Assembly: GCA_949878425.1 (NCBI GenBank)
Contig: CATLAL010000001.1
Location: 168,706-200,705 of the forward strand
Length of the DNA stretch: 32,000 nucleotides
Source of the DNA: an uncultured Oscillospiraceae bacterium
GTDB lineage: Bacteria; Bacillota; Clostridia; Oscillospirales; Oscillospiraceae
Reading direction: 5' to 3'
Shown: positions 1-8,279 of the stretch, piece after piece
Position numbering within the stretch: position 1 is the first letter of the stretch
Layout of the letters: each line of letters begins with the position of its first letter
Notes under the pieces: model-generated
The model's database searches: none
Seen by the model: the letters and a program-made list of their open reading frames with translations, nothing else
What the model was told of the DNA's origin: nothing
Program-made: the position numbers and the translations under genes

Positions 1-63
1 CGCCGGCTGGAGCGTTTCCTCTGGAACAGAGCCGCCCCGGCTGTCATAGAGTAGAGCAGCGGC

Positions 64-990
64 ATGGATACCCTGCCGCGCATTCTTGTTCCGGCACTGC
101 CCGGAACGCGTTATGGAGTTTTGAATATGTCGATGCCTTCCTTTCCGTCCAACGGGGCGGACATGACACGAGAGGAAGCCCTGACCATGATTATTGCGTC
201 CATCGCCATGGAGGAGCTTGCTCTGAGCCATATTCTCAACGCCGAGGGTGAGAAACTGCAATATATCTTAGGAACTTTGCCGGGTACAAGTCCCTACGCC
301 TGTCCTCAGGATGTTCTGACCGTCAATAAAAGCGTGACAGCTCTCGTCGAGGCGGTCACGCAAAACCAGATGCTGCTGAAAAACAAACTGAGCCAGGTGC
401 TGGAGTTCTGTCCGCTGCCCCCGGCGCCGCCCCCGCCCTGCAGGCCGGAGCCCTGTCCCCCGCCCTGCCAGACCCGCCCCTGCGCGCCGCCTGGGCCGCC
501 GCTGTGTCCGTCCCCCTGTCCCTTGCCCTATCCGGCTCCCCACAGGGAGCGCGCCTGTGAAAGCAGCGCCCTCCAGCTGGCAGGCCGGCGGGAAGGAGCG
601 CCGTGGAATCCGGGCTGCTGCCTGACCTGGAGAAAGCGGAGCCGGTTGGGAAAAGCCATTCGCTGGGACGAGTGCGCTCCAGCCCAGATTTATCTGAGCC
701 CAGGAAGAGCTTACATGGTCCAGTACACGCTGAATGTCCGCGCCGCGGCTCCGGCGGATGGGACGGGAACAATTTTTCTCAAGCAGTCGCCCTGCGGTAT
801 ATTTACAGACGCGCTGCCTCTGCGCTTCTCGATGGAGCACCTGGCGCGGGGCCCCCGATCTCTGCATATGGTCTCCGTGCTGCATCCCTGCTCAAATTAC
901 GGATGCGAGACGTGCCTGACCCTGGTGCTGGATGCCAAAGGCGCCTTATGTGTGGAGGGCGCTGTCATGGATGTTGCGGAGCTGCCATGA
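64..990 (+). CDS. Hypothetical protein: helical N-terminal region (motif EELALSHILNAEGEKLQ), Pro/Cys-rich linker, Cys-containing beta-rich C-terminal domain
   Basis: Long ORF in the same direction as the following amidase, with its stop overlapping that gene's ATG (ATGA at 987-990). The low-complexity stretch PLPPAPPPPCRPEPCPPPCQTRPCAPPGPPLCPSPCPLPYPAP lies at about 412-540. The start is ambiguous: ATG at 127 has the best SD (GGAG 115-118), and ATG at 64 is the longest option. Confidence 0.6.
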   Translation: MDTLPRILVPALPGTRYGVLNMSMPSFPSNGADMTREEALTMIIASIAMEELALSHILNAEGEKLQYILGTLPGTSPYACPQDVLTVNKSVTALVEAVTQNQMLLKNKLSQVLEFCPLPPAPPPPCRPEPCPPPCQTRPCAPPGPPLCPSPCPLPYPAPHRERACESSALQLAGRREGAPWNPGCCLTWRKRSRLGKAIRWDECAPAQIYLSPGRAYMVQYTLNVRAAAPADGTGTIFLKQSPCGIFTDALPLRFSMEHLARGPRSLHMVSVLHPCSNYGCETCLTLVLDAKGALCVEGAVMDVAELP

Positions 991-1763
991 GCGGATCCGC
1001 AAGTCAGCCGGAGGAGGTCAAAGGAGGTGTATTCACTGTGACGGGTGAACAAGGATTGACAATAAAAGAGCAGCTGGCAAACCCAAACAACTACGGCGGG
1101 AAGAGAACGGCAGACCAGATCCGGTATTTGGTCATCCACTATACTGGCAACGACGGAGATAACGCGGCAAATAACGCAGCCTATTTCCAGAGAACCGTGG
1201 TACAGGCCAGCGCCCACTACTTTGTGGATGATACCGCCATTTATCGTTCTGTACCGGAGCTCTGCGCGGCCTGGGCTGTAGGCGGAAAAAAGTACGCCGA
1301 CGCCGAACAGACCGGCGGCGGGACCATGTATCACATTGTCACCAACGCCAACTCCATCAGCGTGGAGCTGTGCGACACGGTGCAGGATGGAACCTACCAG
1401 GCCACGGAGGCCACGCTGGAAAACGCGTTTGCCCTGTGCCGGGAGCTGATGGCGAAGTATCAGATTCCGCTGGAAAACGTCTGCCGGCATTTTGATGTGA
1501 CCGGGAAGCGCTGCCCGTCCTATTTTGTGGACCCTGAGAAGTGGGCGGAGTTTAAGAGGAGACTGGAGGTGTGGAAGACAATGGATAACAACCCAAGCCC
1601 TGTCCATAAGGAGGGCGTGGAGTGGGCTCTGAAGGAGGGGATCCTCCTCGGGGATGACAGCGGGGATCTGATGCTCCATCAGGGGCTGACACGGGAGCAG
1701 TTCTGCACCATGCTGAAGCGGTGGAGCGATCAGATGGAGCGGGGAGCGCCGGCAGCGCCTTAA
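987..1763 (+). CDS. N-acetylmuramoyl-L-alanine amidase (Amidase_2/PGRP-type, endolysin-like) with a C-terminal SLH-like wall-binding repeat
   Basis: Motifs typical of Amidase_2 lysins are present: IRYLVIHYTGN, SAHYFVDD, ISVELC, NVCRHFDVTGKRCP. The C-terminus, EGVEWALKEGILLGDDSGDLMLHQGLTREQFCTMLKR, resembles one SLH repeat. An alternative start is GTG at 1038, preceded by GGAGG at 1023-1027. Confidence 0.85.
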   Translation: MSGSASQPEEVKGGVFTVTGEQGLTIKEQLANPNNYGGKRTADQIRYLVIHYTGNDGDNAANNAAYFQRTVVQASAHYFVDDTAIYRSVPELCAAWAVGGKKYADAEQTGGGTMYHIVTNANSISVELCDTVQDGTYQATEATLENAFALCRELMAKYQIPLENVCRHFDVTGKRCPSYFVDPEKWAEFKRRLEVWKTMDNNPSPVHKEGVEWALKEGILLGDDSGDLMLHQGLTREQFCTMLKRWSDQMERGAPAAP

Positions 1764-1799
1764 AGCGCCAGAGCCGTCAAGAGGCGTCTTTCAAGAGCA

Positions 1800-1832
1800 A
1801 GCTCCCGCCGGTAGAACCGGCGGGAGCTTTTT
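1800..1832. terminator. Bidirectional intrinsic terminator between the convergent amidase and holin-like genes
   Basis: A 12-bp perfect stem AGCTCCCGCCGG / CCGGCGGGAGCT with loop TAGAA, followed by TTTT. Confidence 0.7.
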
Positions 1833-1866
1833 GGTATGCGCTTCCCGGCAAAAAAGCGAGTTCGCT

Positions 1867-2088
1867 TCACATCTTCTCTTCCGCAGCCTTTTTGACTCCC
1901 TGCGCATCCACCCTGCCCTCGGTAATGATGTAGGACACCACGGAAGCTGCCGATACCACAGCGCCTGCTACGGAGCTGATGGCGCCCTCGTCCAGGCCGA
2001 ACACCATGGCCAGCCCCGTGACGATGCCCGCCATCGCCGCCCAGAGCTTGCGGGAGCCCAGCTTTCGTTTCCAGTCAATCTGATTCAT
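1867..2088 (-). CDS. Holin-like small membrane protein (73 aa, two predicted TM helices, charged C-terminal tail)
   Basis: The sequence MNQIDWKRKLGSRKLWAAMAGIVTGLAMVFGL...VAGAVVSAASVVSYII...KKAAEEKM has holin-like topology. The SD AAGGGGAA lies upstream of the ATG, and the gene is adjacent to the amidase. Confidence 0.6.
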   Translation of the reverse strand: MNQIDWKRKLGSRKLWAAMAGIVTGLAMVFGLDEGAISSVAGAVVSAASVVSYIITEGRVDAQGVKKAAEEKM

Positions 2089-2172
2089 AGCGTACCGTTC
2101 CCCTTGTCGTAAGATTATCGGATATTTAAACCGTTTCGCCTGCCTTCTGCTCCGCTGGACAAATTTGAAGAA

Positions 2173-2259
2173 TCAGAGGACCACGCCGCCTATCACGCCC
2201 AGCGCAGACAGGAGCTCCGCCAGCATCACAAATGTATCCGTACCAATGGTCATTTCCAT
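2173..2259 (-). CDS. Possible 28-aa hydrophobic peptide (MEMTIGTDTFVMLAELLSALGVIGGVVL), below the ORF-track cutoff
   Basis: Hand translation gives this ORF. GGAGAA sits 6 nt upstream of the ATG at 2259. It is on the same strand as, and 84 nt upstream of, the holin-like gene. There is no homology evidence. Confidence 0.25.
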   Translation of the reverse strand: MEMTIGTDTFVMLAELLSALGVIGGVVL

Positions 2260-2461
2260 ACCTGGTTCTCCGCTCTAATTCCCGCGTTGGGCGCTGCTTC
2301 CCGGCGGAACGATGGAGGCGGCGCGTGCAGGCGGCTGCCGGGATCGGAGTACGGCGGCATGACATCTGCCGCCGCCGTTCCAGCCTATGAGGGAAACGGC
2401 AATTTGGTTCCGTGCGCCCGTACTTCAGCAGTCGGTCAACAAGCCGGTTTCGCTTCTCTCC

Positions 2462-2490
2462 TTGACCCCGGGCGGCGCGCATGGTATCAT
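2462..2490 (+). promoter_or_regulatory. Putative sigma-A type promoter for the MATE gene
   Basis: TTGACC (2462-2467), a 17-nt spacer, then TATCAT (2485-2490), about 85 nt upstream of the ATG. Confidence 0.35.
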
Positions 2491-2573
2491 GGAGCGGCCG
2501 GAGGCTGTCAAGGGGATCTTCCCCGGCTGTACGGGAGAGCACGGCGGATTATTTTGAAAAGGATGGGATCCAT

Positions 2574-4010
2574 ATGGCCGGAGATATCCAATGGAACCGG
2601 TTTCTGGCGCCGGACGCAGAGCCCAGCCTGGGCGAACAGATGGGGCTTGTGGCGCGGCTGAGCGTCCCCATCATTCTCTCTGAGATCAGCTCCACGGTGA
2701 TGAGCTACGCGGACTCGGCCATGGTGGGGTCCCTGGGGGCCGCGGCCACGGCGGCGGTAGGGCTGGTGGCCAGCAGCACCTGGCTCTTCAACGGCATGGG
2801 AATGTGTATCGTTACGGGGTTTTCCATCCAAATCGCCCAGCTCATTGGCGCGGGACGGCTGGGGCGGGTACAGTCGGTGGCGCGCCAGGCCCTGCTGGTC
2901 AGCGCGGCGGTGGGGCTGCTCTTCGCGGCCGCGGCGGCGCTGCTCAGCGGACCCCTGCCGGTTTGGCTGGGGGGCGGGCCGGACGTGTGCAAGGACTCCT
3001 CCCGCTACTTCCTTCTCTACGGCTGCGGCCTGCCGGCTGTGCTGCTGCGGCAGATGGGCGGGAGTATGCTCCAGTGCAGCGGGGATATGAAAACCCCCAG
3101 TGCGCTGAATATCCTTATGTGCGTTTTGAACGCGGCGTTTAACGCCTTTTTCATCTTCCCCACCCGAACTGTAGCCCTCCTGGGGATGCATCCCACCATT
3201 TTCGGGGCGGGAATGGGCGTTGCGGGGGCGGCTCTGGGCACGGTGATGAGCGAGGCGGTTACTACGGTGCTGATGCTGTACTGCGTGTGCCGCCGCTCCC
3301 CTGTGCTGCGGCTGGAAAAGGGCATTCCCTGGCGTCTGGAGCGCGGCTGCATGACAACCACCGTACGGCTGGCCGTCCCCATCGCCCTGGAGCGGGTAAC
3401 CACCTCTCTCGCCCAGATCGCGGGGACAAGAATCGTCTCTCCCCTTGGCACCGCGGCGGTGGCGGCCAACTCCCTGGCCGTAACGGCGGAGGGGTTCTGC
3501 TATATGCCCGGCTACGGCATGGCGGCGGCGGCCACTACGCTGGTGGGACAGAGCATCGGCGCGGAGCGGAGAGATCAGGCCAAACGGTTCGCCTGGCTGA
3601 GCGTAGGGCTGGGCGTGGGCGTCATGACAGGTACCGGCGTCCTGATGTACATCGCCGCGCCGTGGCTGTTCTCCTTGCTGACGCCGGACGCGGCGGTTCA
3701 GGCGCTGGGGGCCCAGGTGCTCCGCATTGAGGCCTTCGCCGAGCCCCTTTTCGCCGCGTCCATCGTGGCTGCCGGAGCCCTGCGGGGCGCGGGGGACACC
3801 CTGCTCCCCAGCGTCATGGAGCTGGGGAGCATGTGGGGCGTGCGGATTCCGCTGGCTGTGGCGCTGGTTGGGCCGCTGGGCCTGCACGGCGTGTGGATCG
3901 CCATGTGCAGCGAGCTGTGCGTCCGGGGGCTGCTGTTCCTCCTGCGGATGTACCGCGGCAGGTGGCTGGAGCTCCGGACCATCAGCGCGGACCATAGCCA
4001 GCACAGTTGA
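2574..4010 (+). CDS. MATE family efflux transporter
   Basis: Polytopic membrane protein with typical MATE N-terminal signatures (VPIILSEISSTVMSYADSAMVG, LQCSGDMKTP, LRGAGDTLLP). The start is chosen at the ATG at 2574, the first ATG after the putative promoter (upstream purine-rich stretch AAAAGGATGGGATCC, weak SD). Confidence 0.9.
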   Translation: MAGDIQWNRFLAPDAEPSLGEQMGLVARLSVPIILSEISSTVMSYADSAMVGSLGAAATAAVGLVASSTWLFNGMGMCIVTGFSIQIAQLIGAGRLGRVQSVARQALLVSAAVGLLFAAAAALLSGPLPVWLGGGPDVCKDSSRYFLLYGCGLPAVLLRQMGGSMLQCSGDMKTPSALNILMCVLNAAFNAFFIFPTRTVALLGMHPTIFGAGMGVAGAALGTVMSEAVTTVLMLYCVCRRSPVLRLEKGIPWRLERGCMTTTVRLAVPIALERVTTSLAQIAGTRIVSPLGTAAVAANSLAVTAEGFCYMPGYGMAAAATTLVGQSIGAERRDQAKRFAWLSVGLGVGVMTGTGVLMYIAAPWLFSLLTPDAAVQALGAQVLRIEAFAEPLFAASIVAAGALRGAGDTLLPSVMELGSMWGVRIPLAVALVGPLGLHGVWIAMCSELCVRGLLFLLRMYRGRWLELRTISADHSQHS

Positions 4011-4067
4011 GAGAGCCAGAGGCCTGCCGGCGCGAAAAAACCGAAGCTCTTGAGTTCCCCCTGACAG

Positions 4068-4117
4068 AGGAACGCCCCAGCAGGAAATTATAGCATAATT
4101 CCTGCTGGGGCGTTCCT
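4068..4117. terminator. Long perfect hairpin downstream of the MATE gene (putative terminator)
   Basis: A 19-bp perfect stem: AGGAACGCCCCAGCAGGAA (4068-4086) pairs with 4099-4117, with the 12-nt loop ATTATAGCATAA. Only a weak T-tract (TTCT) follows. Confidence 0.5.
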
Positions 4118-4303
4118 TCTCCCCTGGTTTCGCCGATAAACCCAAGGTCAGCATAGTGGATTTCCACGATCTGTTCTGCGTGCTTGGAATATTTCGCGTT
4201 TTTCTTGTGCACCACGGTTTTCCGGATGAACAGCCGTTCAGATCAAGAGGAAACAGTTTGAAAAAAACATTGACACACTGGACGCAATTTAGCGAAAAAG
4301 ATA

Positions 4304-4332
4304 GTGAAAAGGGGCCTTGAATGTGCTATAAT
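4304..4332 (+). promoter_or_regulatory. Putative extended -10 promoter upstream of a long rsmA leader
   Basis: GTGAAA (4304-4309), a 17-nt spacer ending in TGC, then TATAAT (4327-4332). Confidence 0.45.
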
Positions 4333-4401
4333 AGATGCAAGCTCAAAAAGCCGTATTCCGTTATCTTGTAATTCCTAACTTGGCAGAATACTAGAGCTTG
4401 C

Positions 4402-4560
4402 TTGAAAAATGTTAACACGCCCAAACAGCAGGTCTTTTTCCGCCGCGCATTGCCAAGCTTCCCTGCAATACATCCAGTATTCCCGCGTCAAATTGGCTTC
4501 GCCTGGCGGCGAAAAAATCCCTCGCTCTTGGGCATATTCCCATTGTTCAAACAGCGCCTA
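4402..4560 (+). repeat. Copy A (degenerate) of a ~155-160-nt dispersed repeat, lying inside the rsmA 5' leader
   Basis: Hand alignment to 20679-20833 gives about 20 mismatches plus two small indels, roughly 85% identity. There is no consistent reading frame between the copies. Confidence 0.8.
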
Positions 4561-4607
4561 AACGCGGCAAATTCCGGGCTTGGGCCCGCTTATTCAGGGA
4601 GGCGTCT

Positions 4608-5480
4608 ATGGATCTCTGCAGCATTCAGGACATCCGGGCTCTGCTGGACCGGCATGGCTTCCGGTTCTCCAGGTCCATGGGACAAAACTTCCTCACCGCG
4701 GACTGGGTTCCGCGGGAGACCGCCGCCGCCTGCGGCGCGGACAGCGGCTGCGGCGTGCTGGAGATCGGGCCGGGGATCGGCTGTCTGACCCAACAGCTGT
4801 GCAGACAGGCCGCCCGGGTGGTCTCCGTGGAGCTGGACCGGGCCCTGCTGCCGGTGCTGGCGGAGACCATGGCAGGCACGGAAAATTTTACTCTGCTGCC
4901 GGGCGACATCCTGAAGCTGGATCTGTCCGCCCTGACGGACCAGTTCTTTTCCGGCCTGCGCCCGCTGGTCTGCGCCAACCTGCCCTACAACATCACAACG
5001 CCGGTTCTCCAGGCCCTGGCGGAGGCCCGCCGCTTCCAGACCCTCACCGTGATGGTTCAGCGGGAGGCGGCGCTGCGGCTGACCGCCGCGCCCGGCCGCG
5101 GAGAGTACTGCGCTTTTTCAGTGTACATGCAGTATTTTTATGATCTCAACATACTGTTTGAGGTCCCTCCGTCCTGCTTTTTTCCCGCTCCAAAGGTGAC
5201 CTCCGCCGTGCTGCACGGCCAGCTGCGCGCCGCGCCTCCGGTCTCCCCCGCCTGCGGAGAGGACTTTCTCTTTCAGACCATCCGGGCGGCCTTTTCTCTG
5301 CGGCGGAAAACCCTGCGCAACAGCCTGGCGTCCGTCTTTGGACACCGGCGAGACGCCATCGCCGGCGCCATCGCCGAAAGCGGCCTGCCGCCAACGGTCC
5401 GGGGGGAGGAGCTGGACCTTAAGGCCCTGGCCCTGCTGGCGGACCGGCTCTATGAGGCAATGGGAAATCCGCCGAAATGA
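4608..5480 (+). CDS. rsmA: 16S rRNA (adenine1518/1519-N6)-dimethyltransferase
   Basis: Contains GQNFL, the SAM motif VLEIGPGIGCLT, and NLPYNITTP. The SD GGGAGG lies 6 nt upstream of the ATG. Confidence 0.9.
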   Translation: MDLCSIQDIRALLDRHGFRFSRSMGQNFLTADWVPRETAAACGADSGCGVLEIGPGIGCLTQQLCRQAARVVSVELDRALLPVLAETMAGTENFTLLPGDILKLDLSALTDQFFSGLRPLVCANLPYNITTPVLQALAEARRFQTLTVMVQREAALRLTAAPGRGEYCAFSVYMQYFYDLNILFEVPPSCFFPAPKVTSAVLHGQLRAAPPVSPACGEDFLFQTIRAAFSLRRKTLRNSLASVFGHRRDAIAGAIAESGLPPTVRGEELDLKALALLADRLYEAMGNPPK

Positions 5481-5562
5481 GGGAGCGCAGGCTCCAATCC
5501 GGTTTTTTCGGTCATTGGGAGAGAGAACCCAGGAGGGCGCCGCAGGCGCTGCGCAGATGGAA

Positions 5563-6984
5563 TCAGTAGGCCAGCCTTTCCGCCAGCCAACCCTTCAGCT
5601 CACGGATGGAGAGTCGGACCTGCTTCATGGAGTCCCGCTCCCGGACGGTGACGCAGCCATCGGCGGGGGTCTTGTCGTCCCCCACGGTTTCAAAGTCCAC
5701 GGTGATGCAGTAGGGCGTGCCGATCTCGTCCTGGCGGCGGTAGCGCTTGCCGATGGAGCCGGCGTCGTCGTAGTCCACCATCCACTCCCTGCTGAGCTCG
5801 GCCTGGATCTCCTGGGCCTTGGCGGCCAGCTTCTTGCTCAGGGGCAGCACGGCGCACTTGAAGGGCGCCAGGGCCGGGTGGAGGCGCAGGACCGTGCGCA
5901 CATCGTTTTTCTCCGCGTCCACGACCTCCTCGTCGTAGGCGTCCACCAGGAAGGCCAGCACCACCCGGTCCGCGCCCAGGGAGGGCTCGATGACGTAGGG
6001 GATATAGCGCTCATTTGCCTCCTGGTCGAAGTAGGACTGGTCCTTGCCGGAGGTGTTCTGGTGGGCGGTGAGGTCAAAGCTGGTGCGGCTGGCCACGCCC
6101 CACAGCTCCCCCCAGCCGAAGGGGAACACAAATTCAAAGTCCGTGGTGGCGTTGGAGTAGTGGCTCAGCTCCTCCGGGTCGTGGTCCCGGAGGCGGAGGT
6201 TCTCCTCCCGCATGTTCAGCCCCAGCAGCCAGTCCCGGCAGAAGTTTTTCCAGTAGGAAAACCACTCCAGCTCCGTGCCGGGCTTGCAGAAGAACTCCAG
6301 CTCCATCTGCTCAAATTCCCGGGTGCGGAAGGTGAAGTTGCCGGGGGTAATCTCATTGCGGAAGCTCTTGCCCACCTGGCAGATGCCGAAGGGCAGCTTC
6401 CGGCGGGTGGTGCGCTGGACGTTCTGGAAGTTGACGAAGATGCCCTGGGCAGTCTCGGGCCGGAGGTAGACGGTGTTTTTCGCGTCCTCCGTGACGCCCT
6501 GGAAGGTCTTGAACATCAGGTTAAACTTGCGGATATCCGTGAAGTTGTGCTTGCCGCAGGAGGGGCAGGGGATGTTGTGCTCCTCAATAAACGCCTTCAT
6601 CTCCTCCTGAGAGAGGGCATCCACGCTCTTTTCCAGCTGGAAGCCGTTCTCCTGGGCCCAGTCCTCGATGATCTTGTCCGCCCGGAAGCGCTCCTTGCAC
6701 TCCTTGCAGTCCATCAGCGGGTCGGAGAAGCCGCCCACGTGGCCGGAGGCCACCCAGACCTGAGGGTTCATGAGGATGGCCGCGTCCAGCCCCACGTTGT
6801 AGGGATTCTCCTGGACGAACTTTTTCCACCAGGCTTTTTTTACATTGTTTTTCAGCTCCACACCCAGGGGGCCGTAGTCCCAGGTGTTGGCCAGACCGCC
6901 GTATATCTCGCTTCCGGCGAAAATAAAGCCCCGGCCCTTGCAGAGAGCCACAATTTTATCCATGGTCTTTTCTGTGTTTTTCAT
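5563..6984 (-). CDS. glyQS: Glycine--tRNA ligase (single-chain class II GlyQS type)
   Basis: Contains [59 protein letters not shown] and GADR. The start at 6984 is preceded by AGGAG, and a T-box leader lies upstream. Confidence 0.95.
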   Translation of the reverse strand: MKNTEKTMDKIVALCKGRGFIFAGSEIYGGLANTWDYGPLGVELKNNVKKAWWKKFVQENPYNVGLDAAILMNPQVWVASGHVGGFSDPLMDCKECKERFRADKIIEDWAQENGFQLEKSVDALSQEEMKAFIEEHNIPCPSCGKHNFTDIRKFNLMFKTFQGVTEDAKNTVYLRPETAQGIFVNFQNVQRTTRRKLPFGICQVGKSFRNEITPGNFTFRTREFEQMELEFFCKPGTELEWFSYWKNFCRDWLLGLNMREENLRLRDHDPEELSHYSNATTDFEFVFPFGWGELWGVASRTSFDLTAHQNTSGKDQSYFDQEANERYIPYVIEPSLGADRVVLAFLVDAYDEEVVDAEKNDVRTVLRLHPALAPFKCAVLPLSKKLAAKAQEIQAELSREWMVDYDDAGSIGKRYRRQDEIGTPYCITVDFETVGDDKTPADGCVTVRERDSMKQVRLSIRELKGWLAERLAY

Positions 6985-7024
6985 GTCGGTCCGCTCCTGT
7001 CTCATGATAAAATTTGCAGGTTCT

Positions 7025-7257
7025 AAAAAGAAAACGCCCCAAGCCTCACGGCTCAGGGCGGATTTCACATCCGTGGTTCCACCTGAGTTCGGGCTGGAGC
7101 CCGCGCTCTATGTCCGTAACGGGGACCTCCGGCGGGGCATTTCCGCTCCGCAGCTCCAAGGCGCCTTCGCCGCCAGCCTCATAGGGACTTGCACCGTCCG
7201 TCCCCTCTCTGCCTTCCGCTGGGCGGGTACTCCTCCTCTTCCTCGCTTCTTTTATGG
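7025..7257 (-). promoter_or_regulatory. T-box riboswitch leader controlling glyQS
   Basis: Read on the minus strand, the leader carries an AGAGAG box, an F-box CCGTTA (plus strand 7117-7122) and the T-box core GGTGGAACCACGG (plus strand 7071-7083). A terminator stem (7036-7059) is followed by TTTTCTTTTT. GGC triplets are present, but I could not place the specifier codon unambiguously by eye. Confidence 0.8.
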
Positions 7258-7263
7258 GACTTT

Positions 7264-7292
7264 ACTTTATCACTTTTTCGCTCAGGTGTCAA
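7264..7292 (-). promoter_or_regulatory. Putative promoter of the glyQS T-box leader
   Basis: On the minus strand: TTGACA, a 17-nt spacer, then TAAAGT. Confidence 0.5.
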
Positions 7293-7324
7293 GAAAAAAT
7301 TTCTCTTGTTTATAAAATTTATAG

Positions 7325-7353
7325 TTGACAAAGTCGAATCGAGCGGTTATAAT
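7325..7353 (+). promoter_or_regulatory. Consensus sigma-A promoter for the tRNA-Leu pair
   Basis: TTGACA (7325-7330), a 17-nt spacer, then TATAAT (7348-7353), about 30 nt upstream of the first tRNA. Confidence 0.7.
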
Positions 7354-7385
7354 AGACTTCGCTGGTTGTCCTGAAGGCGCCAAAT

Positions 7386-7470
7386 GCGAGTGTGCTGGAA
7401 CTGGTAGACAGGCACGTTTGAGGGGCGTGTGTCAACAGACGTACGGGTTCAAGTCCCGTCACTCGCACCA
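7386..7470 (+). tRNA. tRNA-Leu (anticodon GAG), CCA encoded
   Basis: Hand-folded cloverleaf. The acceptor is GCGAGTG/CACTCGC. The anticodon stem CACGT/GCGTG carries the loop TTGAGGG. There is a long variable arm and a T-arm GGGTTCAAGTCCC. Confidence 0.85.
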
Positions 7471-7501
7471 CTCTCCTCTTAACGGAGACCAGCCGATAAA
7501 T

Positions 7502-7589
7502 GCGCGAGTGGTGGAATTGGCAGACTCGCTAGATTCAGGTTCTAGTGTCCAATACGGACGTGCGGGTTCAAGTCCCGCCTCGCGCACCA
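7502..7589 (+). tRNA. tRNA-Leu (anticodon CAG), CCA encoded
   Basis: The acceptor is GCGCGAG/CTCGCGC. The anticodon stem CTAGA/TCTAG carries the loop TTCAGGT. There is a long variable arm and a T-arm GGGTTCAAGTCCC. Confidence 0.85.
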
Positions 7590-7616
7590 ACTTGCATTGA
7601 CAAAAAGATGCAGGCA

Positions 7617-7645
7617 AAAATCCCGCACTTCGGTGCGGGATTTTT
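7617..7645 (+). terminator. Intrinsic terminator after the tRNA genes
   Basis: AAAATCCCGCAC-TTCG-GTGCGGGATTTT followed by T. Confidence 0.75.
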
Positions 7646-7795
7646 GCACATAAAGCTGGAAATCAAGAGAAATCAGAAGCAATAATTGCTCATCGGAAAA
7701 ACCAGGGGGCGTAAAATAAAAATAACGTGCCGGAGATGCAGATCCGCCGAATTTGGGGATCTCAGGAAATACGCATGACTCGAACTCCCAAGCAT

Positions 7796-7852
7796 TCAAA
7801 AAAGCCGTCCACAGCCTGCCAGTTTTTTGGCAGACCGTGGGCGGCTTTTTTC
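7796..7852. terminator. Imperfect long hairpin flanked by an A-run and a T-run (bidirectional terminator-like)
   Basis: AAAAAAGCCGTCCACAGCCTGCCA-loop-TGGCAGACCGTGGGCGGCTTTTTT. Confidence 0.45.
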
Positions 7853-7864
7853 GTTTATTGCTTT

Positions 7865-8080
7865 AGCAAAAGGACATCTGGCGAAGCCAGATGTCCACGA
7901 ACCGCCCGCTAAGCGGGTGGGATTAAAGCTTAAGCAAAGAAACACCCAATCTGGTAAAACGGTGAGCGTTCAAGACACCAAAAAACAGAAGGGATGTTTC
8001 TTATGGCAAATAGTTTAGCACATACAAAGAGGGTATGCAAGTACCATATCGTATTCACACCAATATTGTGCATATATTGA
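7865..8080 (+). mobile_element. IS200/IS605-family remnant: left-end hairpins plus only the first ~20 codons of tnpA
   Basis: ATG at 8003 encodes MANSLAHTKRVCKYHIVFTP, which matches the conserved N-terminus of IS200-type Y1 transposases (SLAHT+W/R+CKYHIVF+PKYRR). The similarity ends at about 8062 and a stop follows at 8078-8080. Upstream hairpins are GGACATCTGGC-GAA-GCCAGATGTCC (7871-7897) and CCCGC-TAA-GCGGG. Confidence 0.6.
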
Positions 8081-8081
8081 C

Positions 8082-8219
8082 GGCCCCACTGGGCCCACCG
8101 GGCCTGCCGGCGAGATTACTCCCGCCGCTGCTGTGGCCAATGCCACCCAGTCCACTTTGCTGACCCAGTTTAACGCACTGCTGGCCAGTCTGCGGGCCGC
8201 CGGACTGCTGGCGACCTGA
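8082..8219 (+). pseudogene. 3' fragment of a collagen-like (GXY repeat) protein gene with no start codon
   Basis: The frame reads GPTGPTGPAGEITPAAAVANATQSTLLTQFNALLASLRAAGLLAT*. It is closed upstream by a TAG at 8016-8018 and has no RBS or ATG. It directly abuts the truncated tnpA. Confidence 0.55.
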
Positions 8220-8279
8220 GAGAGCGGGGGAGGACGGTGCGCCGCCCTTCCCCGCTCCAATATAGACCAGGGGATCGCA

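Noticed and set aside
603-986. N-terminal 128 codons of the 603-1763 ORF as an extension of the amidase.
   Set aside because: This part overlaps the 64-990 gene in another frame and is compositionally junk. Amidase similarity begins only after the ATG at 987 or the GTG at 1038.
2508-4154. 548-aa ORF antisense to the MATE transporter. Similar long antisense or alternate-frame ORFs occur at 5338-7026, 8055-9239, 14053-15402, 15388-16548, 16611-17612, 22295-24730, 26700-29528 and 29516-30517.
   Set aside because: Each lies opposite, or out of frame with, a gene that has clear family signatures. Their translations are Arg/Gly/Pro/Ala/His-rich low-complexity sequence, typical of stop-codon-poor frames in GC-rich DNA. 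None has a convincing SD.
3982-4215. 77-aa minus-strand ORF (GTG start) in the AT-rich spacer after the MATE gene.
   Set aside because: It runs straight through the 19-bp terminator hairpin and overlaps the MATE 3' end. It has no SD and no recognisable motif.
4402-4788. ORFs spanning the 160-nt repeat copies (4402-4788 on the plus strand, and 20571-20816 on minus with 20657-21022 on plus).
   Set aside because: The two repeat copies differ by indels that shift the frame, so no translated sequence is shared. The repeat is non-coding.
7542-7799. 85-aa minus-strand ORF.
   Set aside because: It overlaps tRNA-Leu(CAG) and its terminator on the opposite strand, so it is an artefact.
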